From the NCBI RefSeq assembly GCF_008831285.2, contig NC_045138.2:1116001-1180000 (forward strand): 64,000 bases of DNA. The letters run 5' to 3'. Source of the stretch: Nymphaea colorata (Eukaryota). The position numbers and the translations under genes are program-made. How positions within the stretch are numbered: the first letter of the stretch is position 1; each line of letters begins with the position of its first letter. The notes under the pieces are model-generated. The model was not told the origin of the DNA and searched no databases. It saw only the letters and a list, made by a program, of their open reading frames with translations. Positions 11,899 through 23,101 of this stretch are shown here, in pieces.

Positions 11899-14800
11899 CT
11901 ACGGTCTATGCATATACATTTTCAAATTAGCAAAATAATCATGAGTATCACTGGCATGTTCCATAATTAAACGACCTATGTCAACAGTCGCAGCCCCCTG
12001 CTTTACAGAAATACACATGTGAACATTTTGAAGACACCCATTCCAGCAAAAATGTAGTCTTCTACCTTCCAGTTGTTGTCGAGTTTTCCTTACCCACTCT
12101 TTAATGGGGGAGACAATAACATAGTCACCTCCATAATCTTTATGAAAACTGAGTATGCGTTCCAAGACAGCCCATTCTCCTTCGTGCATCCTACCACACA
12201 CGTTAATAATGACGGCACAACCCATTTGTCCATCATCTCCATAACTTAAACCCGCTATGTTAGGACCCTGCCGAGTGGAGGCGCTAACAATATTAATTAA
12301 CATCCCCTCTCTATTAGCCCCAATGGTGTTCACAGTGTTGAGCCCGGTTTCAGTCCAGATTCTCAGCTTAATATCATCCTCAGTGGCCCACTTGATAGAG
12401 GAGAAGCTGTCTATGCAGTTCCTCCAAACATCTTCCTTGAACCTGCCAACCTGGGGTGGAAGGCTGTCGTGGAAGCATCTATTTCGGAAGCACCACAATT
12501 TCCAACAAACTATTAAAAATGTCATCCTCCAGCACCGACGCCTCCATTTTTCCTTTATCCTCGCTTGGAGCCAACGCTTGAACGCTTCTGCAATTGAACC
12601 TTGGGGAAATTTCACTCTATCGAACTTTGCAGCAATATACCTCCAAACTTCCTTAGCAACTTTGCAATTAATTAAAACGTGGGCATTAGTCTCCTCCTCA
12701 CAATGACAGAATGAACAACGGTTAGCAAGATGAATTCCAGTCTTTTGAATCCTATCAAGAGTGGGCAGTCTGCCTTCACAGGCTATGTAAGAGTGCCAGC
12801 AGCTCTTAGCAGGGGCATAACTAACCCAAAGCTTCCTTCGCCACCACTCCTTAACACCTTGACTTCGACATTTATTTAAAATTTCACCTGCCTTAAAGCT
12901 CTCCTTGCCATCATCACTCCAAACAAGCATGTCCTCTATATCTCTTAGCCTAATGCTGGCATGGGAGACTCCAAGCTGCACAGCTAGAGCAAAGGATGGA
13001 CCATCATGATTGGCACGAGTTTGTTGACTAATGCTGATATTGGCATCACTGTACATTAGTATATAATGATTACCATCAATCCTGCTGATAAGGACTTGTC
13101 CCGACCAACGATCAATCCAAAATCTGATTTTTTCCCCATTCCCAACTTTCCACTCTACTCTGCTTTCAATCCAACTCCAACCCCATCGCAAACCTTTCCA
13201 GCCCCAACTTGGCCTAGGAGATCTCTTGAGTGTCCAAAGGCTGTGAGAACTTAAATATTTGTCCTTAAAGAGATTAGCCCACGGGTCCCTACTACTTAAC
13301 ATCCGACAACACCTGCTAGCAAGCATCGCTCTATTAACATCCTCCAGCCTTCTGATGCCAACTCCACCTTCCTCAATAGGCAAACAAAGACGCTCCCAAT
13401 TAATAAGATGGATGTGTCTTGAGCCGTCTTCCTCATTCCACAAGAATTTTATAAAAACTTGTTCGATACGCTTTAAAACAACCTTAGAAATTCTAAAGGC
13501 CATCATCCAATAATAAGGCAAGGTCAAGAGCACATAACGTATGAGGCAAATCCGGCCTGCATAAGACAAAACTCTTGCCTTCCAACCAACCAACCTCTTC
13601 TCCACCTTATCAAGAAGTGGGAAGCAAATATCTTCGGTAAGATTGCCCAAAAACAAAGGTAATCCGAGGTACTCCGAAGGGAGGCTGCCATTAGACCAGG
13701 GCAAGATACACTGAATTTCCCTCATGTGGTAATCAATCATGGTTCTGGCAAAAATTTCAGACTTATGCTCATTCACCTTCATGCCAGCCAATCGCTCGAA
13801 GTTCTGCAAAATGAGTTTAATAGTAGTAATAGTATTCTTGGTGGCCTTAACCACCAGAATGACATCGTCAGCAAACAGCATAGCACATCCACTAGGCCTC
13901 ACACGCCTGATTTTTGGGACCTGAATGTTTCTGCTAATTGTTTCCTTGATGATCCTTCGATTAAACATTTCCATAACAATAAGAAATAGATAGGGTGACA
14001 AAGAGTCACCTTGTCGCAGGCCGCGCCTCCCATCAAATTTCTCTCCGGTCCTGCCGTTCACAAGAACAGCATAAGACACAGAGGAAACACACTTCATGAC
14101 TCTTCCAATCCATCTGTAGTGAAATCCCAAAAACTGCATGCTGTTGGCCAACCCAGGAGACCCTGTCATAAGCTTTCATTAAATCAAGTTTGAGGCAGCA
14201 GCCTCCTTTGTCCCAAAACTCCTTAGAATTGATGGTCTCGTTCACCCACATGATGTTGTCATGAATGTGTCTTCCTTTCGAAAAGGCAGCTTGGTTAACA
14301 TTGATAATATGACTAAGAATGCCCCTCATTCTGTTTACAATAACTTTAGCTATGATTTTATAAATAGTGTTACACAAGGATATGGGTCTGAAATCTTCAA
14401 CCTTTTTGGAGTTAGCTTTTTTGGGAATGAGACATATCATAGACTCATTGATGCTTCGCACCATTTTTCCGGATGAGAAAAAATCCTGCACAGCCCTCAC
14501 TACTTCAGTCTTTACCATCACCCAACATTCTTGAAAGAAGTAATTGGGAAAGCCATCCGGGCCAGCTGCGCTATCCTTGTCTAAACTCCACACTGCAACC
14601 GTTACCTCCTCCTCTGAGATAGGCTGTAATAGATGTGAATTATCAGACTCAGAGACTGAAGGAGTGTTATCAATACCGTCAAACAAATTGCCGTGCGCTT
14701 CATCCTCGGCTAGGACCCTTTTAAAGTACTCAGTGCACCCTTCAAGAATCTGCGAGCTATGGACATACTCTATCCCATCACATTGAAGGCTTCTAATCCT

Positions 14801-15934
14801 CCTTTTAGCTTGCCTAAATTTAGCCATCGCGTGAAAAAATGCTGTGTTCTTATCGCCCTCCGCAAGCCAACGTATCCGAGCTCTTTGTTTCCACATTACC
14901 TCTTCCATGAGAAGGGCCTGAGCGAGTTGCTGCCTGACCCTGTGTTCATCATCTAGCGCGCCTTCAATACCTTGTTCCACACGAACCCTACAACCCTCCA
15001 AGCTAGCTTGAAGATTAGCAATAGTACTATTGAGGTCACCAAAAGACTTTTTATTCCATTCTAACACAGCCAGTCTCAGTCGATTCAACTTGATAAGGAG
15101 ACGCAACATGGGGCACCCTCTAACTTCTCCTCTCCAAGCTTCGAACATCACGTCCTTACCTTTTTGGTCCATCAACCAAGGCTTAAAAAATCTGAAAGGC
15201 TTGTTGCCCCTATGATCATCACTCACATCCCTGATTTGATAGATAAGGGCACAATGGTCCGAGCTGGCATACGTTTGAACCTGAAGACAGCCCTCCCTCC
15301 CAAAACTAGTAATCCACTCATCATTGATTAGGCACCAATCCAGCTTGCATTGCACCGAGTCTTGACCTTGTCGATGATTCGACCAAGTGAACTTCTTATT
15401 TCTGTCTTCAACCTCCTTTAACCTGCAAGCATAAATGAAACGACTGAAGGATAAATAGGAGCTAGCTGAGGGTGCTGATCCCGATTTGTTACAATTGCTT
15501 AGCATGGCATTAAAATCACCAATAAGCAAAACTGGTCCCTCAACTCTAGACACAAGATCTTCAAGATGATAGAAGCTTTGAAGTCTTTCCCCGAATCTTG
15601 GTGGCAGATATACACCAAACACAACGAAAACTTTATTGTCAACTACTCTACGGAAAGAGACACCCACCCAATTCTGGTCAGCCACCACGTGGGAAGCTTC
15701 CATCTCCTCTTCATTCCACATGCATAAGATTCTAACAACTCCGTCAGGGCCATCAGCATTAGTCACATACCTATAAGTGTGATATCTTTCCATAATTACC
15801 TTTACTCTATGGGTGGTAATCATAGAATCCACGACAAAACCAATTGAGGGTTTGAACTTGCTTAAGATAAGGCTCAATTCATGTTGAGCAGGCCTCTTAG
15901 CAAGGCCTCTGATATTCCAACTAAGGATTTTCAT
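11899..15934 (-). pseudogene. LINE ORF2 (APE endonuclease, RT, zf-RVT, RNase-H-like tail), single frameshift near 14150
   Basis: MKILSWNIRG, GDFN, SDH, FRPISLCN, KLDLMKAYDRVSW; then a frame change to GLRQGDSLSPYLF, LFADD, YLGLP, CSFCHCEEETNAHVLINC. Confidence 0.95.
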
Positions 15935-17798
15935 GAACAAGAGTTGTCGGTGCCTCCTTAGCTGTACCCTCTGTCACTAGTACCATGTCATTTTCATTTC
16001 TTGCATTGCCCTCACCTTGAGGGAGATCCATAAATACATGGTGCATATTATCATTAACCTTTTTCCTTTTCTTGGATCCATTACAGCTATGTGCAAGGGC
16101 CTCTTCAAAACTAAAAATTTTATTTCCAGGAGGCTGACCTTTCTTCCCTTTGCTAGCAAACCTAGTAGACTTTCGGATTCCCCTCTGCCTATCTTCAGCG
16201 GCCTCCCCTTGTCTACCTGTAATGGTTGGGCCTTGATTGGGCAGTTCCTGCTTAGACATGTCACCATCCTTCCCCTTAACTGATTTGAAGCCTTTGGATT
16301 CAGCTACAAATCTGAATTTGGAAGGGCCAGCTTGGTCCCTAGCATTGTTGCCTATCATCTCTGTAAGACTGAAGAAGGGATTGGACATCCGTATATTAGT
16401 GCTCTCCATCCTGCTTCCCTCTTCCTTCCCATCTGTGTGGTCTTTTCCATCTTTCATCCCTCTTTTATTATACTTCTTACTTTCTGTATCTTCAGCCCTC
16501 TTATCCTCCTTTTGCTTAGTAGAGGAAGCACTCCCCTCTCTGCCCCCACTAGGAAGATTAGTACCCACATCATTTCCATGACCTTCCTGGAATTGATTAC
16601 TGAGGGCTGCGAATCTATTAGCATGAAGCCCCTGTTCGCCAGGGTTGCTTCTTTGAATGCCTCCTCTAGCTTTTTTAGGCACTAGGACCTTTTTCCAGGC
16701 TTGCGCCTCAGTACTTGAGCTCAAGGTGGTCCCTCTATACTTGCACATATCCTCATAGTGTGAGGTTGTGCCACAAACATGACAGAACCTAATTTTAGAT
16801 TCATAGAGCACATCTTGAACAAGCTTGGTTTCCTTCGCTTCTAACTTGATTTTGGCCACAGGTTGAAAGTTGAGGGGAACATTAATACACAATCTCGCAA
16901 ACCCAAGTTTTTCCTTTTGCAAAGTACATTCATCTGCCCTAACAAACGATGTGCCCAGCCCCTGTGCTATGGCTTTAAAGCTATAAGAGTTCCAAAACAA
17001 CACTGGAAGTTGAGGTAGACGAATCCACAAAGGAACAGCCTCCTCCTCATGCAAACGTAACTCAGTTCCTGGTTTCCACCGACTTGCAATGAAAATGCGA
17101 CCTCCCACAACCCATTTTCTGCGCAGAACCTCCATGAGCTCTTCCTCAGAACTCACTCGTACCAAGAACCGCCCATTCCCAATGACAGAAAACTTTGGAC
17201 ATACAACATTCACCCAAAGCTTACGTAAAGTCTGAAAAACATACCTGTAATCCATGCTTGTGCTTGATCGTCCTTCGTAGAATCCAGCCACAGCTGCAAA
17301 AGGATATATGTCCTCCATTTTCTGGTACGCTTCTGCAGGGAACACCACTGTAGGTTCATCTCCTGACCTATCAATAGTCGCCTCCGGACAGGCATCCAGT
17401 TCCTTATCCTGACTGCCCGCAACAACATTAGCCCATCCCTGCATCCCGCTCCTGTGGGGGGTGGCGTCGGCATCACCCTTCCCTTGCTGAGACCGCGCCT
17501 CATTCAGCCCATCCATGGAGGCTGAGCCTCGATTTACCTCCATGTTGTTCCGGTGATCTTTCTCACACACAACTCCTTTCGTGTGGGTGATACCAGCCGA
17601 TTTCCCCAAAACAGGGAACTCGACCCTATCATCCAGGTCCATCGTCCCACTCATATCCATTCCTCCAGCCGTCGTCGAGGGTTTCCATCTAATTTCCCCT
17701 TTATCCACCCGACCACCGTGCGCAGGGCTTCTCTCACCACTCGATCTGGCCCTTGCTTCTCCCTCGAGTTGTACATCATCAAACCCTGTCATCTCCAT
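15921..17798 (-). CDS. LINE ORF1 (DUF4283-like + zinc knuckle)
   Basis: 625-aa open ORF with VPLWIRLPQLP, FARLCI and CHVCGTTSHYEDMC; overlaps the ORF2 ATG by 14 nt. Confidence 0.9.
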   Translation of the reverse strand: MEMTGFDDVQLEGEARARSSGERSPAHGGRVDKGEIRWKPSTTAGGMDMSGTMDLDDRVEFPVLGKSAGITHTKGVVCEKDHRNNMEVNRGSASMDGLNEARSQQGKGDADATPHRSGMQGWANVVAGSQDKELDACPEATIDRSGDEPTVVFPAEAYQKMEDIYPFAAVAGFYEGRSSTSMDYRYVFQTLRKLWVNVVCPKFSVIGNGRFLVRVSSEEELMEVLRRKWVVGGRIFIASRWKPGTELRLHEEEAVPLWIRLPQLPVLFWNSYSFKAIAQGLGTSFVRADECTLQKEKLGFARLCINVPLNFQPVAKIKLEAKETKLVQDVLYESKIRFCHVCGTTSHYEDMCKYRGTTLSSSTEAQAWKKVLVPKKARGGIQRSNPGEQGLHANRFAALSNQFQEGHGNDVGTNLPSGGREGSASSTKQKEDKRAEDTESKKYNKRGMKDGKDHTDGKEEGSRMESTNIRMSNPFFSLTEMIGNNARDQAGPSKFRFVAESKGFKSVKGKDGDMSKQELPNQGPTITGRQGEAAEDRQRGIRKSTRFASKGKKGQPPGNKIFSFEEALAHSCNGSKKRKKVNDNMHHVFMDLPQGEGNARNENDMVLVTEGTAKEAPTTLVHENP

Positions 17799-17887
17799 CC
17801 CCCCGGCAAATGCCGGGGGATTCTATCTGAGACCCCTTCGCCGCTCAACCTCCAAGCGCAGAGCGTCAGTTGCTCTGGCCACCGCCG

Positions 17888-18839
17888 CTGAATGTATTAA
17901 AAGTTTGTTTATATCATTGGTGACATGGTGGGTTGCACCTGAATCGGGATACGAATTGTCATCCTGAACTGGCTGATTTGAAGAGTTTCCAGTGACAACA
18001 TGGAACACTTGAGGATTTGGGCTCTTGTTTTTGACGAGATTCAAGTAAGTATAACAATTTTTAGCTACATGCCCTGTCTTCTCACAAATCTGACATATTG
18101 GCCTTTCTTTGCCTTGAAAATTTCTGTTTTTGTATAAATATTTTCCTCGACCACGGTAAGTATGTTGCCTCTCATTGTGTCCCTTGAAAATGTTATTCAC
18201 AGTGGGCAGAAATTCATCATCATGGCCCTTTTGATTTGCCTCTTGCATAAGTAGGAGGCCATAAATTCCGTTTAGGCTAACGGGTTCTTTCCGTGTCTCC
18301 ATGCTTGTCTTAAAAGCAAGATATTCGACTGGCAAACCTCTCAAAATGTATAAAACCAAATCATCTTCATCTTCAGGTTTAGATAATATAGCAAATTGAT
18401 GTGCTATAACTCTTATTTTCTGAAAATATGCATCCATAGACATGTTGCCCTTTTTCAAATCTTGCAACTGAGATTTCAACTGTATAACCCTAGACCGTGA
18501 ATGAGCAGCATAAGAGTTTTTCAGCGCATTCCAAACTTCTGCCAAAGTTTTCAATCCAGCGTGAATGTTTTCAGATAATGATGACTTGATCCAACATAGT
18601 AGGATTTGATCTTGTCGCAGCCAATTGAGATAGTCTTGGCTTATCTCTGTCATGCCAGGCTTGTATTTTTCTGGTTTAGGTTTTGTTCCATCAACGAACC
18701 CCATCAGATCAAATGACAGGAGTATGGGTGTAAATTGAGATTCCCATACCAGATAATTTTCACTGTTCAATTTGATGCCGAGAGAGTTGCAAATGATTTG
18801 GATGTTGCAGTAAATAAGAAGAAGGAATTCTCGTACCAT
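17888..18839 (-). pseudogene. copia gag (UBN2-like, CCHC knuckle) + protease N-part
   Basis: IKLNSENYLVW, CQICEKTGHVAKNC, DSGATHH; the frame reads on into the LINE 5' UTR and stops at 17823. Confidence 0.92.
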
Positions 18840-18917
18840 TATTCAGCTGACTTCCATGTGTGTTGTTGTATGAAGAGGACGTCATGACAGAAGTTGATCC
18901 TTAACGATGATACAATG

Positions 18918-18929
18918 GCTCTGATACCA
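18918..18929 (-). promoter_or_regulatory. Primer-binding site (tRNA-iMet)
   Basis: TGGTATCAGAGC on minus, directly after the 5' LTR. Confidence 0.92.
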
Positions 18930-19289
18930 TAAAAGAATTTCAAAGAAGAAGAGAGAGATCAACACACGACAGTAATGCAAAGGGAATTACGTGGTTCAAT
19001 CATATTGATATACATCCAAGGAATGATGGTTTTCATATTTTTGAATTTTTTCAACTCTACACATTACAAGTTTCCTGCTATGATTTTATACAACTATGTT
19101 TGATGCTAGAAGATCCAACATCTCTTTCAACGTTTGAAATTTTATTTCTCTTCATAGTCTTCTCCAATAGGAAATTTCTTCTTGTCATCGTGCTCTCTTT
19201 CCTTGATTGTTGCTATCCCAATTTTGTCAAGTGTATCGCCTTCTATTGTGGAGAGAACCGTTGGGCTGTTTCCTTCATTTTCGTTAACA
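18930..19289 (-). repeat. 5' LTR of copia element
   Basis: Begins TGTTAACG on minus; direct repeat of 8157-8512. Confidence 0.9.
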
Positions 19290-20290
19290 AACAAGTAACG
19301 ATGAAACATGCTCATGGTTAATATAAAAGAGAACTTTTTATAGTGACATGTGACGACGATAATGCTTGGTCTTGTCTACAACACTTCGGCTGACGATCGG
19401 GAACCTTGCATATGATTTCAGTTTCTGGTGAACATCCATTGCCTATGAATTCGTGAAATTGCAAAGCCTTAAGTTGTTTCGCAAGCTCCTCAATTGTGGT
19501 TTTCGATGCATAAACGAGAATTGGATTATCATTCATGTTCATGATCTTGTTGGAATTAGTAAGCAACGTAATACCTTTATTACGTTTCTCATCCTACACT
19601 TCATAGGACACTGAATAAAATAGGAAAATTTCGTTGGTCATAGGTAGCTGACTCTATCAGCCCATTCCCGAACGATGCCATACGAAAGGTAGCCTCTCTG
19701 AGAACACAAAGTAGGCAAATAAGATGGCCATTATGAAAGATTAATGATCTGCTTCACTCGGCAATCTCTTTTAATTTGGAAGAAAATAAGGAAAATCATC
19801 TTTATTTGTCACTGGAATTAAAACAGACAGCGGAAAGGATCAATGCCAAAAGAAAAAAATCGTCAACAGAAATAGATCAGGTATGAAATAAAAACACACA
19901 AAACCAGAACTAGAATTAGGGATTAAACAACACAAGGCGTCACGCCCATGAACAGAAAAACAGAAGTACGAAAATTTTATTGCACCTCATAAAGCAAGAT
20001 GAAAATATCAAGAAGAAGAAACTATCAAAAGCATCCCAGGAACTAATAGCAATCTTCACATTATCAAGCACAGCAGCGGCAACCAAATAGTCGAACGCCA
20101 AGCCTAACATTTAGCTGCCACTGCCAAGCAAAACAAGAAGGAATTAGAAATCAGGAAGAAAGTTAAGATAAAATGTTTATTGGAATTCCAACTATAAATA
20201 GACCAACTTCATGGATGCATCATCATATATGAATCTGGAGGTAGGTAATGCTGTTGCAGAACTGCTTTCTTACAATCGATCGACACTCAC

Positions 20291-23101
20291 TTATGCATTT
20301 GTAGGCTTTAAGATGAAGTACTTCTGGAGTGCAGCTTTGGTGCTCTCCTCTTTCCACTCCAATCCTTCCCACCATTCCTTTTCTCCCTGGACACTTTTTA
20401 TTTTCCCGCAATTCTGGGCATCTAGAGGAAGCTTCTTTAGCAATGGGCATTTGCTGACCTCTATGGATGCCAAGGCTTTGAGTTTCAAGTCACCGTTATA
20501 TATGGTGGTTAACTTTTGCAGATTGTAGATACTGAAACTTGTCAACTTGGGGAAGACTTCATCTTCATCTCCAACTTGTCCTTCAATAACATTCTCCATC
20601 TCAGGGCAGTTTGATACCTCGAAGTGAACTAAGTTTTGCAGTTGTTTCAACAACTCATACGTAAAGATGGTCTTCAACACTCTGCAGCCTTTAATCGTCA
20701 ACTTTTCTAACTTCAAGAAGCTTATATGTGCCTCCGTTTCCACAGAAACGTGTTCTAGCATTGGCAACTCCTCCAACTGAAGTAAACGTAGGTCTGGAAA
20801 TATAACCTTATTGGGGTCGGTTCCTCTGATGATTTTCTTTAATTCTGGACACGATTGCACCATGAATGCCTTCAGTCTTTCCGCTTCTTCTGCCTTTGAT
20901 GAATCAATCCCCTCAAAATTGAGGCAACACTGTAGAGCCAGTCCTTCAAGGCGACCGATCAATTTGCTATCCATAAGCCTCTGAATGCTTTCACCACTTT
21001 CATTGATGGTGAGCTCCACAGAACTCAAATTTTCTATGTTTGCAAGGTCTTCTAGATTTAGTCTTCCTTGCGACAGGTCAGCTGAAGCACTTCCTTCCAA
21101 ACCCGTGTCCCAGAGACCGTAGCTTCGGTACATGTTGAGTACTTCTAAGAGAGGCATATTAGAAAACAAATTAGGTGGTATTTTACAAAGCTTAAAAGTA
21201 AAGCCCATCCTTAGGATCCTCAGCTTTTTCAGGTCTACAAAGCCATCAGGCAATTCTTTTACACCCGTCAAATATAGGTCTAGCACTTGAAGCTCGGGAA
21301 GATTTACTACAGCTGATATGTCTTCTAACATTTTACAACCATAGAAGTATAGAGCCCGAAGACTTTTTAGATTGGTAAGAGAATCAGGCAGCCTCTTGAT
21401 CATGCTTCCGTTGAGGTTGAGTATTTCTAGTGCAGGCATAGAATCAAAGAAACTACATGGAATGCTTGTTAGTCCCTCACATCCTTCAAATAACAACGTT
21501 TTCAGTTGGGGACTGTCCGGCCTGTTCGGTAGTTGCTCTATCGAAGTCCTCATCAGTGATATTCTCTTTGCTTTCTTCCACTCTTCCTCTGTCGGTGCCT
21601 TACGCACTCCTCTACTCGTCCTTATAAGACACATGGGTTCATCTCCAGATGATGAGATGTACAAGGCCAGGTCCCTAATCAGGTCATGCATGTTTACGTT
21701 TTGAGCATAACCTGCACTTTCCAACAAGGAGACATCTTTAAGCCTGGAGATTATGGTCCGACCCTTATTGACGATTTCCTTGATACTCATCTTACCGCCT
21801 ATGTAACCTTCCAGATGCCAATTCACGCTCAAGAAGTATGTGAATATGATCTCGTCCTCAGGAAACATTGACAAATATAAGAAGCATCTTTGGATGGTCT
21901 CATCCAAGAAATTGTAACTTAACTTTAGAATCTCAAAGACGTTTCGCTGCATACCTTGGGTCTCACCAGTGGATTGTTTCAGAGCTCTCAAAGTATCCTC
22001 CCACACCCCGACCTCGTCATTGTTCCTCAGGGCCGCCCCTATTGTGGCGATCGCTATCGGCAGACCACCGCACTCCTTAAGGACCTCCATTGCAACTTTT
22101 TCTATAGTTGGCTGTTTGATCACATCCCCTGTCTTATGAAGGAATAGGGACATTGCATCTTTAGAGGACATGACTTCCACCTTGATGTTTTTGCCAGTCT
22201 CCACGGCATGGCATACATGAAGAGATCTACTTACTACCACAATTTTGCTTCCACTCACTGGATCAGGAACTCCCAACACATGTACATCGAAGCCTTGCCA
22301 TACATCATCTAGTATCAATAAGTACTTCCTGCCTTTCAACCTTGCTAAAATCAGTTTTTCTCCTTCACTTTGATCTGCTCCTTCTGGCAAAGAGAGGTAT
22401 AGATAGCGGGCAATCTTCTTTTGCAGATGTTTGTAGTCAGGATCTTTGCCCACTACCATGTACATGACGAAGTCAAACCCTTTAGCTTTGTTGTGCACAT
22501 GCTTCACGATGGTAGTCTTGCCAACTCCCCCCATTCCGTGGACGCCGATCCTTGATATCATGGTGTCTTCTATTGAGTCCAGAATTTCCTTAACGATGCG
22601 AGGAGCAGTCTCCTGCCCATCCAATGCTTCCGGGTTCAGTCCCGCAGCCCAATCGATTGCAGGAAGCCTTGACACTTGTTCTGCCTCCAATGGCGCATTC
22701 TTGATATGTGCGGCCACCTCCCCGTGTTTGCGCAGAGCTGCTTTCCCCCGTCGGTAGCAATACCAATAGTTGGGAAAGCTGCTGCAACAGGTGCACGTCC
22801 TTTGGACGTCCTGGAACTCTCTAAGAACGTACTCTGCTTCAGCCTTTAGATTCAGAGTCTTCTTCTGCCACTCGACTGCCTCCCGTCGGATATCTCGACC
22901 TTTAAGATCCTCATCTCTCACCAAGTTGTTTACAAGTACTTCCATCTTTCTTAGCTCATCGTTTTCTCTTCTCAGAGTTGCATAGTTCCTTTCGTGGTTC
23001 TTCAGGTAACGCGCATGCCTCCATGCATGGACATACGTCCACTTGAGCAACGCAATAAAGCATCTAAAGATGGAGTCGGACGGGATGGGGATGCAGGCCA
23101 T
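20291..23101 (-). CDS. Intact single-exon CC-NB-LRR disease resistance protein (RPS2 / At4g27190-like class), 936 aa
   Basis: GMGGVGKTT, LLILDDVW, GGLPIAI, CFLYLSMFPED, MHDLIRD, LxxLxL LRRs and a C-terminal CPLLKKLP...WWEGLEW. Confidence 0.96.
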   Translation of the reverse strand: MACIPIPSDSIFRCFIALLKWTYVHAWRHARYLKNHERNYATLRRENDELRKMEVLVNNLVRDEDLKGRDIRREAVEWQKKTLNLKAEAEYVLREFQDVQRTCTCCSSFPNYWYCYRRGKAALRKHGEVAAHIKNAPLEAEQVSRLPAIDWAAGLNPEALDGQETAPRIVKEILDSIEDTMISRIGVHGMGGVGKTTIVKHVHNKAKGFDFVMYMVVGKDPDYKHLQKKIARYLYLSLPEGADQSEGEKLILARLKGRKYLLILDDVWQGFDVHVLGVPDPVSGSKIVVVSRSLHVCHAVETGKNIKVEVMSSKDAMSLFLHKTGDVIKQPTIEKVAMEVLKECGGLPIAIATIGAALRNNDEVGVWEDTLRALKQSTGETQGMQRNVFEILKLSYNFLDETIQRCFLYLSMFPEDEIIFTYFLSVNWHLEGYIGGKMSIKEIVNKGRTIISRLKDVSLLESAGYAQNVNMHDLIRDLALYISSSGDEPMCLIRTSRGVRKAPTEEEWKKAKRISLMRTSIEQLPNRPDSPQLKTLLFEGCEGLTSIPCSFFDSMPALEILNLNGSMIKRLPDSLTNLKSLRALYFYGCKMLEDISAVVNLPELQVLDLYLTGVKELPDGFVDLKKLRILRMGFTFKLCKIPPNLFSNMPLLEVLNMYRSYGLWDTGLEGSASADLSQGRLNLEDLANIENLSSVELTINESGESIQRLMDSKLIGRLEGLALQCCLNFEGIDSSKAEEAERLKAFMVQSCPELKKIIRGTDPNKVIFPDLRLLQLEELPMLEHVSVETEAHISFLKLEKLTIKGCRVLKTIFTYELLKQLQNLVHFEVSNCPEMENVIEGQVGDEDEVFPKLTSFSIYNLQKLTTIYNGDLKLKALASIEVSKCPLLKKLPLDAQNCGKIKSVQGEKEWWEGLEWKEESTKAALQKYFILKPTNA

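Larger units (their letters stand above)
11720..17887 (-). mobile_element. Full-length L1-clade LINE inserted in the copia protease
   Basis: 11-bp TSD CTGAATGTATT at 11709-11719 and 17888-17898. Excising the element restores the copia frame (DSGATHHVTNDINKLLIHS-DYRGRDTLKVGDG). Confidence 0.95.
8157..19289 (-). mobile_element. Ty1/copia LTR retrotransposon, degenerate, interrupted by a LINE
   Basis: Two ~355-bp LTRs, a tRNA-iMet PBS, a PPT, and domain order gag-PR-INT-RT-RH on the minus strand. Confidence 0.95.

Noticed and set aside
12257..17967. Numerous + strand ORFs over the LINE
   Set aside because: Antisense shadows of ORF1/ORF2.
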